Below, in pieces: positions 10,791-24,101 of a stretch of DNA of 64,000 nucleotides. A model generated the notes under the pieces. That model was not told the DNA's origin and did no database searches. It was given only the letters and a program-made list of their open reading frames with translations. The stretch's first letter is position 1; every line of letters starts with the position of its first letter. The position numbers and the translations under genes are program-made. This stretch comes from Azolla caroliniana (Eukaryota; Plantae; Polypodiophyta), in the NCBI GenBank assembly GCA_043228905.1, contig JBHGNT010000006.1:14818001-14882000 (forward strand). Reading direction: 5' to 3'.

Positions 10791-12793
10791 GGCTAAGGTT
10801 ATCGCAATAGATCATCGTCAGATCGGATACCTCCATCTACAGATCCTTTAGTAGCCTCTTGAACCATATGGCTTCACATGTTGTGACAACCGTTCCTTCG
10901 TACTTGGCCTCGGTGCTCAACAGTGCTACTATAGGCTGCTTCTTATTGCTCCAGGCGACCGTGGTGCTTCCAAGTGAAAACGCATATACAGAGTCATCGG
11001 CATTTCCGGCCCAATCGGCATCTGTGTAGCCGACAAGCTGTCCAGCAACATTGGTTCGACACCTTAGTGTCGTTGACGTACTTGAGCAGTCGGTGCACAC
11101 ACTAAATGTGCACCACCGTTGGATGTGCCATAAATTGACTAATTAGTCCGACCGGGTGATGGTCAGATATATGAGGCTTCCGACTATTTGTTGGAACCTT
11201 TTCGAGTCGCATGTCGTTCTGGAGTTGAGGAGAAGCTTCACATTCTTATCTATAGGAGTTGAGACAGACTTGCATTCTGTCATACCGAATTTGAAGAGCA
11301 TACTCAACACATAGTGGCGTTGACTGATCAGTATGCCTTCCGGGGTGCAGATCACTTTGATCCTGAGGAAGAAATGAAGGTCCCCAAGATCCTTCATATC
11401 AAACGATGTCGCGAGTTCAGACTTGACGTAGTCGATTTCAGGCAAGTCGGCACCAACGATGACTAAATCATCAAGATAAAGCAAAGTGCTTATTGTTCCG
11501 TTCTAACCTCACCGGATGAATAGGGGAGAGTCCCACCTCGATGCGGCAAACCCCATCTGACATAGTCGCTGCATGACTTTCTCGTTCCAGGCCCGCGAGG
11601 CTTGCTTGAGTCCATAAAGGGACTTCTTCAATCGGCAAACGACTGACGTGGTCATTCCAGATTGAAATCTAGGGAGTTGAATCATGTATACTTGATCCTC
11701 AAGTTCACTTTGCAGGAACGCATTTTTCACATCCATTTGATGTAGATGCCAACCCTTCATCACTGCAACCGCAAGCAAGACACGAACGGTCGCCATCTTG
11801 GCAACCGACACGAACTTCTCATCATAGTCGATGTCGTGCTGCTATGTGTAGCCCTTTGCCAGTAATTGGGCCTTGTACCGGCTGATGGAGCCATCAGTGT
11901 TGTATTTGACCTTGTATACCCACTGACAACTGATTGGCTTCACTCCTATCGACACGTCTCATTTTCTGTGAGCACGTGCTCTTCCTCCATGGCCTTCTGC
12001 CAGTTCGGATCCTTAACCACTTCTGTGTAGCTCTCCGGCTCACGCACGACTGCCACCTTCACCATGTACGCATAATGATGTGCCATATACTCGTTATATC
12101 TGTATCGAACTACGGGGTGCTTTTGGTGGATGGATCGGCCCAGTTTCTGCTTTGTTGATTTCTTGGCCCTCTTGGCCGACTCAGACTTCTTTCTGAAGAT
12201 CCTCTTTGTTCTTTCCGGAATCGGATTCTCTCTGATCCGCCTCATCTTTGCCGGTGTCATATTCCAGCATCTTCTTCTTCCCTTTCTCTTTGCGTGTGAA
12301 CCATCTCCTCAGTTCCTTGCGCGGGGAAAGCCAGACCGAGTCTCCACTACTCTCCGGCTCTTCATCTGACTAGTCATTCCGACTTAGTCGCTCATTCAGC
12401 CCATTTAGCCGAAATGAGATCGGAACCTCGTCTAGAGTACCAAATCCTTCTTCATCTTCTACCCGGATCGTTTCGGGCTCATTGGCCTCATCTTCTGGAA
12501 TCGGGTTGGAGTCAGTAGAGAGTACCATGACGCCGACTCGTCAAATTCGACATCTCGGCTTCCTTTTACTTGCTTGGTCTGGGGGTTGTAGCACTTATAC
12601 CCCTTCTGCTCATGTGAGTAACCGACCAAGATGCACTTTGCTAACTTAGGATCCAACTTTCTCCGTTTCTCATTCGGCACATGCACGTATGCTATGCTAC
12701 CGAATATCCTAAGGTGCCTTAAATTCGGCTTCCACCCGAAATACAGCGTGTGTGGTGACACCCTCTCCCCGATCCAGTTTTGGATGTAGACGG

Positions 12794-15700
12794 TGTCATG
12801 AAGGATTTGATTCACGATATAAAAAAAAACTTGAATATTGTATTAAGTAACATTTGAGAGACTTGAACTCGTAACCTCACACACCAAGGACGAAGCATAT
12901 ACCATTAGGATAAGTTATTTTCTATAGTTATGCTTTTATAACCATACTTATGACATGTGTATCTTCATACATTAGAGCTTAGATGAGCATGATGCTATCA
13001 TGCATCACATGTAAAGCATGTGTGCCAAATGGCGATCATGCATCACATGCATCACATGCATGCCATGCACCCCCATATCATCATATGCATGAGAGAACCT
13101 ATAAAGAGAGGTAAGGAATTAAGGGATGAATCAAGGGAAAACAGGGTAATCAATCAGTGAAGAGAAAGTTAGAGAAATAAGATAATCAGAGAACCAAATA
13201 ATAAGTTAGGTTGTTGGTGAAGAGGCTCGTGTTTCCAACTTGAAGTCAAGGGATCGAATCAAGAGTTGGTAGAGAAAGGGTTCATCTTGCTATCAAGCAT
13301 TGTAAAGTTGGTAAAATATTGTATTCGTAATATACATCATGTTCATATCATATACTTTAATTCCTTAAATCATACTTTGTCTCTATCTTGCTTCTTGAAT
13401 CATACATTGTCTCTATCCTTTATCTGTACTTGTCTCTCTCTTACACACATTACTTTAAACTCTTATTCTTTTTATCCTTAATCTTCCTAACATTTGTGCG
13501 CAAGCCTTATAAAAGTTCCTTCAACTCCCCCTTAACCTTAGTCCCTGCGACTTCGCCGCACGAACGACAACTACCCCGACACATTTGGTGAACCCGACGT
13601 GAAGGTGGCGACAAGGGAAAATGGAGGAGCAAATGAGGCTTATGTGTACGATGGTGGAACAAATGATGTGAGAGCAAGGGATGACGGCAAGCATCGACAA
13701 AGCCGTCGACAATATTCTTGCTTGAGTAGGAATCTTCGAAGGTATAAATTTAACAAAATTTCTGAAGATTTACAATGAAGAAATGCTTAAACGTGGTGTC
13801 GACAAAGCTGCAAAAATTAATAGCTTTAGTCGAGTCGCTGCGATTGGGCTACAAGAGAGGATCCAAGAGCTCCAAAGGGAGAAACAGACATGGACAACGT
13901 TCGAAAGAGCATTACTCAATGAATACAACCTCAACAATATGTCAAGGATGACAAGGCGAGCTTTCTTGGATTGGGTAGAGTCTAATAAACATTTTAAGTG
14001 TTTTGGAAGTATTAAAAGAGTTTTCTAAAAGATTTGAGCAAATAAATGTTAGAGATAGAAATATAATAGTGCCAGATAAAGTAATATTGTTTCTACAAGC
14101 TACTAATATTAAAGATAGGAAGGACTTGGGAATGCTTTTAGAAGATCAGAATAGTCCAAGTGGACTTATTGAAGACTGGGAGGAGGTGAAAAGGGTGTGC
14201 ACCCATTTCTACAAAAGAAAGTTATGGTTTATGGAGTTGGCCAACAAAAATGATGAAGAAACAGGGAACGAGTCGGGAGAAAAGAAATTAGAAGAATCAC
14301 TCTTACACGAATTGGTGAAAGGCATGAAAGACTTGTCGATCAAAGTGACGAAGCTAGAATCGGGACAAAGCTCGACTTCATCAAGGCAGGGAGGTGGAAT
14401 GGTCCGAAGGTGTATGTGGTGTGATAGTATCGACCGCCAGAAGAAAGATTGTCAAGAGCATAGGGATGCTCTTAATCATAATAAAATCTATTATCAAGAT
14501 AACAAGATTCACTCGACAGAGACTGGACAACCACTTCAACTCAACTTCAGGCGAGGAGGAATGAAAAAGCTAATGGAAGATGCTGAGAGAGAAATGACTC
14601 AAGCGATACAATCCGTGGCAACCTTAGGATTGCGCGTAGAAGACTCATATGGTGGATCTAGCTTTTGGCAAGATGTGATGGATTATGCAAGGGAAGGTTC
14701 GAGTGGATGAATTAAAAAGAGCGGGAGATGAAATACGAAACTTCACTGGATGGAATGATCCAGTAAACGCGCTATCAACATTCGCCCAAGTGAATGCACA
14801 AGATGTACTAGTGGAAGAGAAGCGAAAGAGAGCTCAGGAGGTTAATTTGGCAAAAAGGCATGAGACACAAGAACAAGAGAGAAGAGAGATGGAAAAGGAT
14901 GCTCCTGAGTCAAAAGAAGCTGATAAAGTAAAAGGGAAGACAAACCCAACTTTCCAGCTTGCTTCAGACATAGAAGACGTGACAGATTTAAAACACGTCA
15001 CGGAAGAAGTTACGAGAGTGTGTTCAGCAACACTCCAAGATCTAGATCGTGACACCATCAATGTTGCAAGTGTAAAGAAGATAAATAATATTGCAGTTCA
15101 TGAAGGGGATAGGAGTCATTATACAAAGAACCATTGGGCTCAAGCAACAACAGAGGCGGTTACAAAAATTGCGGAGCAACAAATTCCTTATATTTTTTTG
15201 ATAGGTTATGGATAAAAAATTAACATGATGTCTTTGGAATGTTATGTTAAAGGAAGGTGGCCAATCGATAAGAATCATGGGTTGAAGAAAAGAGTTGCAA
15301 TAGAGATTATGGAGGATCTATTCGGAGCATGTCCTAATGTGAAAGCAACAATGGGAAATGTGTCGGTGCATGAAAATTACTATGTGCAACATGGATCAAC
15401 CTACCCTGTCATCATCCATCAGCGTAGTGAGTATGGAAACAAAGGATGGTGAACCATACATCAACGTAGTAAGGATGGAAACAATTATGATTAATGATGA
15501 TTCAACTTTCGTGAGGATCAAGAGTCAGGATGGAAGCAAGAGGGGCCATATCGTAACCATGACGCCTAACCATGAAAGAAACAAAGAATGCTTGAGGGGA
15601 CATCCAGTTCAGAAACGGAATGAAGAGTTTTTCCAAGCCTTTGGATGAACTTTGCACAACCAGTGTGCAAGTTCAGAGGGGGTGGGTGTCGTGAAGGATT

Positions 15701-16720
15701 TGCTTCACGATATAAAAATAAACTTGAATATTGTATTAAGTAACATTTGAGAGACTTGAACCTGTAACCTCACACACCAAGGACAAAGCATATACCATTA
15801 GGATAAGTTATTTTCTATAGTTATGCTTTTATCACCATACTTATGACATGTGTATCTTCATACATTAGAGCTTAGATGAGCATGATGGCTATCATGCATC
15901 ACATGTAAAGCATGTGTGCCATATGGCGATCATGCATCACATGCATCACATGCATTACATGCATGCCATGCACCCCCATATCATCATATGCATGAGAGAA
16001 CCTATAAAGAGAGGTAAGGAATTAAGGGATGAATCAAGGAAAAACAGGGAATCAATCAAGAAAAAAGAAAGTTAGAACATAATCAAAGAAACAAATAATA
16101 AGTTAGCTTGTTGGTGAAGAGGCTCATGTTTCCAAGTTCGATTCAAGGGTTCAAATCAAGGGTCGGTAGAGAATGTGTTCAGTTTGCGATCAAGGATTGT
16201 AAAGTTGGTAAAATAATTTCTTTTTAATATTGTGGTGTGCATGTGTTCCTTTGTGCCACCCTTTTAGCTCACCCTTTTTAGGATGCGTGTGCTCAAGTTG
16301 ACCCACCCTTTTAGCACACCATGTTTAGCCAAGCCAAGCCAACCCAAATGGGTTTCGTTGTATCAACTATAAATTGATTAAGAAGTAAGAAGCTAAGTAG
16401 ACTGGTTTTGATCTCTTATGTGCATTTCACAATATACATCATTTTTATATCATATACGCTTGCTTCTTGAATTGTACTTTGTCTCAATCTTTCTTCTTAA
16501 ATCATACTTTGTCTCTATCTTGCTTCTTAAATCATACTTTGTCTCTATCTTCTATCTATTCTCGTCTCTCTCTCTCTCACACATTACTCGTAACTCTTCT
16601 TCTTGCTATTCTTAAACTTTCTAACATCACCATACAAGCCTTATTAAAATTTAAGTTCCTTCAACTCCCCTTAACCTTAGTCCCTACGACTTCGCCGCAC
16701 GAACCACAACTACCCTAACA
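12794..16720 (+). mobile_element. Non-autonomous gypsy-type LTR element family T1 (gag plus protease-like only; tRNA-Trp PBS)
   Basis: LTRs 12794-13581 and 15687-16720 (TG...CA); PBS 13586-13603; PPT gagggggtggg before the 3' LTR; TSD ACGG/ATGG. Internal frameshifted ORF (about 13620-15650) with a CMWCDSI.....DC knuckle and a protease-like segment, no RT or IN. Confidence 0.9.
13586..13603 (+). promoter_or_regulatory. Primer-binding site complementary to the tRNA-Trp 3' end
   Basis: TGGTGAACCCGACGTGAA is the reverse complement of plant cytosolic tRNA-Trp ...TTCACGTCGGGTTCA-CCA. Variants at 21808 and 37254. Confidence 0.88.
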
Positions 16721-19259
16721 ATGGCCGTCCAAACTCCTTTGGTTTAGTAGAACCTAGGCATGCTCTTCTCTTCCAACATTGCCTGTGCCACCTCCACAAT
16801 AGACCGGTCTTCCTTTCAGCCACACCAATTTTGTTTTGGTGTGTATCTGCAACTGAATTCTCTCTGAATTCCCTTTTGTTGCAGATAACTGTTGAATTGG
16901 CTGGGAAAGTATTCTTTTATGCCATCCAACCTCAGGCACTTGATCTTCGTCTCCGTTTCCCATTCAACAAGACTTCATAGGTTCCGGAAATAGTTGAAGA
17001 CTTCGCCTTTCTTCTCTATGAGGTAGATCCATGTGTGTCGGTTGTAGTCATCGATGAAGGAGACGAAATATAGGCTCCCCCCAAGATTAACGTTCTGTGT
17101 CAGTCCCCATACATCCGAATGTATCAAATCGTGCTTGTTAAAGCTCTGATTTCTTTCAGTGGGGAACGGAAGCCGGTGTTGCTTCCCGAGTTGGCATGCT
17201 TCAAATATTTGGGCCTTCCGGTCACTAAATCTCGACAATCCAAAAACAACTTGTTTTGATTGTAGGTCTTAAAGTCTCTGATAGTTGACGCGGTCGATCT
17301 GCTTATGCCACAAGTCAATATCCGACTCGACTTTCTGTCCTTTTGCAAACAAAGCGGTGCCAACGTCATTGGTGTCGAGGATAAACATCCTCCCGTACTT
17401 GTGCCCTTACATGAGGATCGGGTCCTCTTGCTCTATGAAACACCCAAGATGCGTAAATCGCACCTCCATCCCCTGGTCGATGATCTACTCGACCGACACC
17501 AGGTTCTTTGTGATTGTCGGGACGTGAAGCACGTTTATAAGCTTCCCTTGTTGTTTGACATGAGTCATGGGGACTTCTCCGACATGCACTATGGGGTGAG
17601 GACTGTTGTCTCCGGTTTTGACAACTCCCGGTTGCTCCGACTTTTTCAAAAACGAGAACCACTCTTCGTGGCTCGTCATGTGGTTAGACGCTCTAGCGAC
17701 AACATACCACACTTCCTCCAATCCGAAAGTGGTCTTCTTCATTGAGTTCGCCTTGTGCTTCATCACAAAGGTTGGTCCTTTTCCGGTCTTACTGTTTCCA
17801 GATCCTTCTAATCCTTCAACGTAGAACGAGCTTTGCCGGTTCCCTTGTCCGGCCTTGCCAGATCCGGATTTATCCGAATCGATGTGCTTCTTCCAACACT
17901 CGCTCTCTTGGTATCCCTTCTTGCCACAAAACCAACATTCTGTGTCAGCTTTCGATTGCTGGTTTCCGACGTCGCGTTGACTCCCCTTGCTTGTGGAGGA
18001 GGGTCCGGAACTGTTGTCGGCACTATCTTTGTGCCCCTGGTTCTGCTCTTGCCAACTGCCACTATTGTGTGCCGACCCACCTCATCCTCCACGCCCACAG
18101 GGTCGATCCCCCTCTGTGTACAACATCTGGTTGTTTGATTGAGTGGTCCTCGACCCACTCACTTGGTTTCCTTCAACCATCAGTATAGATTACTGGTCGA
18201 AGAAGGACGATGATTTCTCCCAGGTGAAAATTGTTGTCCGAATTGGCCCATACCATTGTGCTAGACCACCAAGGTAGATTTGGACCATCTCGTCCTCGTC
18301 CACCGTCACATTGATGGAACCAAGCGTGTCACATATCTCCTTGATCTCGGTGGTGTAGTTGGTAACCGATTGTCTCGTTGCTAGATATTGTTGAGCTCTT
18401 GCTGGAGTTGCAACTTCCGAACGGGAGATTTTCCCAGGCCTCCTTCGGTGACTTTGCATCTCTGATGTAGCCGAGCATCTAGTCGTGCACACAGGACAGG
18501 AGGCAATACAACACTTTGCTCGCTCTTTGTTCCCATGTCGGGAAGTCCTTATGTGCCGAATCCGACGTTGCTACATTCGCTCCTTCCACGTAGCTCCAAT
18601 ATCTATGCCCCAACAAGTACTGGTGCAGTTTATATGACTAGGACGTATCGTTGCTCTGGTCAAGCTTTTCTGTTGAAAGCGAGCTCGCCATGCTTCTGTC
18701 GATATCTTTCTTCTATTCTTTACCGGTGATTAGGGTTTGTCCGTTTCAAGCAGTTGTTGGTAGTAGAGGTTCTCAACCCTCGTGCTTTGATACCATGTCA
18801 AAGTTAATATGCAGAAGCTTTGCCAAACCGGTTTACCTAGATAACAATAGAAAATACATAGAGGTTTAATGGAAGCTTGAATCACATAGAAAGAGAGCAG
18901 GAGAGATAGAGAGAGTGGAACAACATAAACTCAATTCAAAATAATAACACTCTGTGTACATACAATGTCCTACATAACACTTTTTATACAAGTCCTTGGA
19001 AGGACTGACAGAAGTACTAACAAGTATTTCAATGCTCATACGAGCAACTGACACTAACTCGAAGGAACATGCCTACGTACTAGGCTCAGACCGTAGGCTC
19101 CAACGACCTACCGGTTCCCACAATTCCGAAGTATGATTCGGTTTTCCGGTTCGGCTCTAGATTCCGGATATTGATATATCCGGACACTGATCCGGGTACC
19201 TATCCGGTTCTCCATTCCCGATACCGATCCGGATCCGGTTGAGCTTGTTCGCTTAATCT

Positions 19260-20595
19260 CATTGAAGCAGACGCGTCCGATTTCGCCCTCAGTAGTATTT
19301 TGTCACAACAAGGTGACGATGAGGAGCTACATCCCTTGGCTTTCCACTCGCACAAATTTGTCGCCGACAAAATCAACGACAAGATACATGACAAGGATCT
19401 CTTAGCAATAGTGGACTGTTTTGCACAATGGAGGAATTGTTTAGAAGGATCTCCTCATCAAGTCATTGTATTCAGTGATCACAAGAATCTTGCTTACTTC
19501 CAGAATGCTTGCGTATTAAATAGACGACAAGATCGGTGGGCCCAATTCCTTACCCGTTTTGAATTCAAGATTTCATATCGTCCGGGCAAGCAACAGGGGA
19601 AGGCGGATGCATTATCACGATGCTCGTATCTAGCTCCTCGTCCTGGTGATCCGGCCTTCGACAATATAAAGCAAGTAATCTTGGGTCCATCAAGACTTCA
19701 AGGAACGTGGGTCTTTGACACTCCATTGGATTCCTACATTATCGATACCACAAGTGAAGATTTGATTGAAGATGGATGTTTTCGCCCAAGCTATTCTAGA
19801 TCAAATCGATCCTTCTCAGGCATCTTGTTCACGATCACAACAACCAGGTATAGATTATCAGCAATTCGAATGTCATAATGGATTACTCTTCTATAAGAAA
19901 ATTGTGTATGTTCCCAACGGTTCGTGCCGCCTTCGAATAGTACAAAACTGTCATGACACATACACAACCAGACATTTTGGTAGTACTAAAACATTGGATT
20001 TAGTACAACGATCGTTTTGGTGGCCTCATATGTGAAGATTTGTCGAAGACGATGTTCCGACATGTGATACATGCTTGTAGAGCGAAGATTCTGCGACATC
20101 ATCCATATGGTTTATTGGAGCCATTACCGATCCCAAGCAAACCATGACAATCTATTTCTCTCGATTTTATCACAGATCTTCCGGAAGCAAGGGGCTTCAA
20201 TGCAATCTTAACAGAGGTAGATCAATATACTAAGATGACACATTTCGTGCCTTGTACTAAAGAAATCATTGTGAAGAAACCGTTGAAATTGTTATGTGTG
20301 AAGTATTTAGGCATCAAGGTTTTCCCGACAATATCATAAGTGATCGTGGACCGCAATTCGTCTCTAAATTTTGGAAGCATCTCTTTAAAATGCTCAAGGT
20401 GACTTGCAATCTCTCCTCCGGCTATCATCCCCAAATAGATGGACAAGTAGAACGCACCAATCAAACGCCGGAAAAGTATCTTCAGTGTTTCCTAAGCTAT
20501 CAACAAGATGATTTGGCAAATATTCTATACTTTGCTAAATTTTCTTATGACAAATTGGATTATTTTCGGTTAGGCCCTTTCCGTATTAACAGAAA
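19260..20595 (+). pseudogene. Ty3/gypsy chromovirus (Tcn1/Tf2-like) RNase H-integrase remnant
   Basis: [65 protein letters not shown]. Confidence 0.88.
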
Positions 20596-21040
20596 TATTA
20601 ATTGGAAGAGGTCGATCTCGAGACAAGTGAGGCACCCAGGCCAACCAATGTGGCGAAGGAAATGCCACCTAACGAAAAACGACAATGATCGAACTATTGA
20701 AAGAATTCAGGGATGTCTTTGCATGGTCCTATGAAGTTATGCAGGGGTTGGACCCCAAGTTGTATCAACATCAGATCCACCTGAGCAAGGATGCTAAACC
20801 GATAGCGCAGAGACGTTATTGGATGAATCTAAACTATGCGCTGAAGGTAAAAGAAGAAATTGACAAGTTGCTTAGAATGGGTTTTATCTGGCCAGTGAAG
20901 TAGGCCACGTGGTTAAGTCTGATAGTCAAAGTACCGAAGAAGAACGAGAAAATCTAGGTGTGTGTTGACTACTGGAAACTCAACGCATCCACGGTGACGG
21001 ATGCCTTTCTGCTACCATTTACAGATGGCGTATTGGACGC
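20596..21040 (+). pseudogene. Non-chromovirus gypsy RT N-terminal fragment
   Basis: LLKEFRDVFAWSYEVMQGLDP..QHQI, VKEEIDKLL; related to 53150-53600. Confidence 0.85.
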
Positions 21041-24000
21041 TATTGTAGTGTATTTTGTACATTACGTGAACAACGTATAAAATACCCGATTCAATAAATA
21101 TGAAGAAATAGAAGAAAATATTAAAATATATATTACATACATAGGGCAAGATTTAAAACCTATACCTCCATGTTAATAATTTGTAGGTTTACCATTATAC
21201 TAACACATCATAAGTATTAGAAAAGTAGATATCCCACATACAAAGGTTATTTCACGTATATTTTTTAGTAAACACGACTTTTATACATAGAGTGCATAAA
21301 ACTTTAGTTATAAGAAAACACATGATCAAAAAAGCTATTCATGCACATCTCACGTGTATGAAGAGTATTATTAGAAGAAGAAGCGTAATAGGAAAAGCTA
21401 TTCATCCACATCTAGTGTGCATTAACACTTTGGAGAAAGCATGCTTTCCATGTGGTAAGATATATTTAGCCTCTTCCATCACTATATAAAGGGAAGAGAA
21501 AGATTTATTGAGAGAATGGATTCTTGGGTTTTGATTAGTATAATACTTGTGGGATTCACAAGTTTTGATCTCTTTTCTCAATCTACTCTAATCTATTCGA
21601 AACTATTTCAATTTATGACTATGATTTAAAATATTACGTTAAACTAGTTCACTATATTCGTGGGATTCACGAATTTCTATCTCTTTCTTATAATCTATTC
21701 ATATTCATAACTAAAGTCATCTCAAATTCTTCCTCCTCGTAGTCCAAAACCCTGGCGGTTCCCACCTGACGCATGCAATGATCTGGCGACCAAAGGCACG
21801 CCACATTTGGTGAACCGACGTGAAGACACCCAAGGAGATGGAGAATCAACAAGAGGTGATCAATATGATGATGATGTTCAAGCGGATGTTGCAAGAACAA
21901 CGCAAGACGACGGAGATAGCGGTGGTAGTAAAACGGCTTGTGCAACGGAATGAGCAATTAAACGGAAAAAATGTGTCAAGCTATCTACGAGACTACAAGG
22001 CAGAGATGTTGCGATATGGGATCTCAAAAATATTGCAAGTGATATCCTTCAATCAGGTGGGCACGAATGAGTTGCAAGAGAGCATCCAATATATACGACA
22101 ACAAAACTCAACGTGGGTGTCCTTCGAGAAAGCTATATTGGAAGCATATGATTACGAGAGAGCAAAGGGACGAGATCAACGCAAGTTCGACGAGTGGGTG
22201 GCATTAGAAAAGATCCACCAAAGTGTGACACAAGCATTCCTAGAGTTCGAGTATCATTTTGCTCAATTCTCACAGCAGGAACCAACATTGGTAGATAAAG
22301 TCCTAATGTTTGTAAGATCGATTGATCGAAAAGAATGGATGGCCATCGGGGTCGAACTTGAAGACGATGACGGTGTGCCAAATGGTCTCACTGAGGATTG
22401 GGCCGCAGTCGAAAGAGTATGTCGAAGACATGATAAGAGGAAGACAAGAATCTTGTTGGGAACAACACGGCCTATGAGGGATGGTCGATTGAGGATGAAC
22501 AATGTGGCCATTATGAAGGCCAAAGTACGATACGACGGTACCACAGGAGAGGGTGTGGAACAAGCCATCCTCTCGTCTTGCGAAAGAATGATGGCCAAGG
22601 ATAAGGCCGATGACTTGAGAGTGGCAAACTCCACTTCAAAGGTGGAAGAAGGTTTTGGGTGACAAGTGTCTAAAACATCGAGTGAAAAAGGGGTAAGCAT
22701 AATTGATCCTTGCATGATCGAGGGAGATAAAGAATGAGGCGGATGTGATTGAGAAGGTAGCCATCAATGATGACATCGAGTTGGAACTGGCTATGAACGA
22801 GTCAATGGCAGATGACCGTGTCGAGACTTTCCCACCACTAATTCGAGAGACTTCGGTGGTTGCATTCGAAAGGCAACGTGAGACCAAAGAGACGGAAGGT
22901 GGTGGAGAGAAAACGAAGGTCGAAGCCGATGCATATGATGGAGATATAGCTGAGAAGGTGGCTATGAGCGAAACGATGGAGGACGATAATACCAAGGATT
23001 CCTGCCCACTAGTTCTAGAGACTTCGGCGGTTGTCTCCGAGAACCAACGTGATATTAGAGAGATAGGAGGTTGCAACATGGAACGTAAAGCCGAAAGTGG
23101 GTTCGAACGGAAGATGATCCGGTTGGAATTCTGGCCTAAACAAAAGCACAACCTGGCGGAAGTGGATTTGGTTGAAAGCCGATTGGTTGAGCCCGACCCG
23201 GACGGAAATTGTTCTAGCCAAAAACCGATCGGAGGAGACCGATCTGGAAAGAAGCTAATTTAACTCAGGCAGAGGTCGAACTGGTTGAGGTTGGTGAACA
23301 CGAAGAAAAGGAAACCAACCCAGACCGAAATCGATCGGTCGAACCCGACCCGGAAGGGGGCGACTGGGTCAAAACCGATCAACCGAGTCAGATTCAACTG
23401 AATATGAATCTGAACCGACGCCAATCCAGCTGAAAGCGGATCGGACGAGACAGATCCAGAAAGAAGTCGAGGTTGATGAATACAAGGAAGAGGCCAAGCA
23501 AAGTCACTACCACGGATGACAAGGACCAAGCGGGCCAAGAGGATTTGAAGGATGTTACCAAGGATGATATCTTGACAAAGGAGGGCTCTAACATGAAGAT
23601 TGTCAACTCTAACGCGTGATTGTATGATGAAGGTGGACAAAGAGGGAATCATGACAACATGCACTTAAAGGGTCCACATGGGATAGTCAATGTCAGTATT
23701 CGGACATTTCCTTTGGGAGGAAGGCACGAAACAAGAATAAATGATGGGTCGGATGAAAGTGGCACGTGCATGAGACATTGAGACGTGAAGGTTTATGCTC
23801 AAGAGGAGCACAAGGAGCGATGACAACAAGTAATGGCAATGCAAAGAGTGAAAGAAGAATATGGTGGATTGGATGGCGACAATGGTTCGGGTGGAAAGAA
23901 TGGACGTCCTCAAAATGGAGAGACAAAATCGACATAGTAGGAGAAATGGAGGGTACTACGGATGAAGGAGAATAACAAGCATCGGGAACTTCGGCACACA

Positions 24001-24101
24001 CCGGAGGATGTGCGGGTTTCGGAGGGGGCGAGTGTTGTAGTGTATTTCGTACACTACGTGAAAAACGTATAAAGTACCCAATTCAATAAATATGAAGAAA
24101 T
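21041..24101 (+). mobile_element. Non-autonomous LTR element family T2 (gag-like only; tRNA-Trp PBS), unit 1 plus first 69 bp of LTR2
   Basis: LTR 21041-21803; PBS 21808-21824; gag-like ORF 21820-22662 homologous to T1 gag; PPT ggagggggcgag; LTR2 begins 24033 and resumes at 36553. Confidence 0.88.

Larger units (their letters stand above)
10800..19257 (-). mobile_element. Degenerate Ty1/copia element (5' LTR 18796-19257, Met-i PBS, gag-PR-IN-RT-RH), split by the insertion at 12794-16720
   Basis: PBS tggtatcaaagc (18784-18795, minus); CGFCGKKGYQ zinc-knuckle remnant; ASNHMT protease; HSDVWG integrase; HQMDVKNAFL, YLDDL and YTDADWAG motifs. Coding sequence resumes seamlessly across the insertion. 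Confidence 0.92.

Noticed and set aside
12856-13262. Bona fide tRNA genes
   Set aside because: No acceptor stems or intact anticodon arms; only box-like remnants within LTRs.
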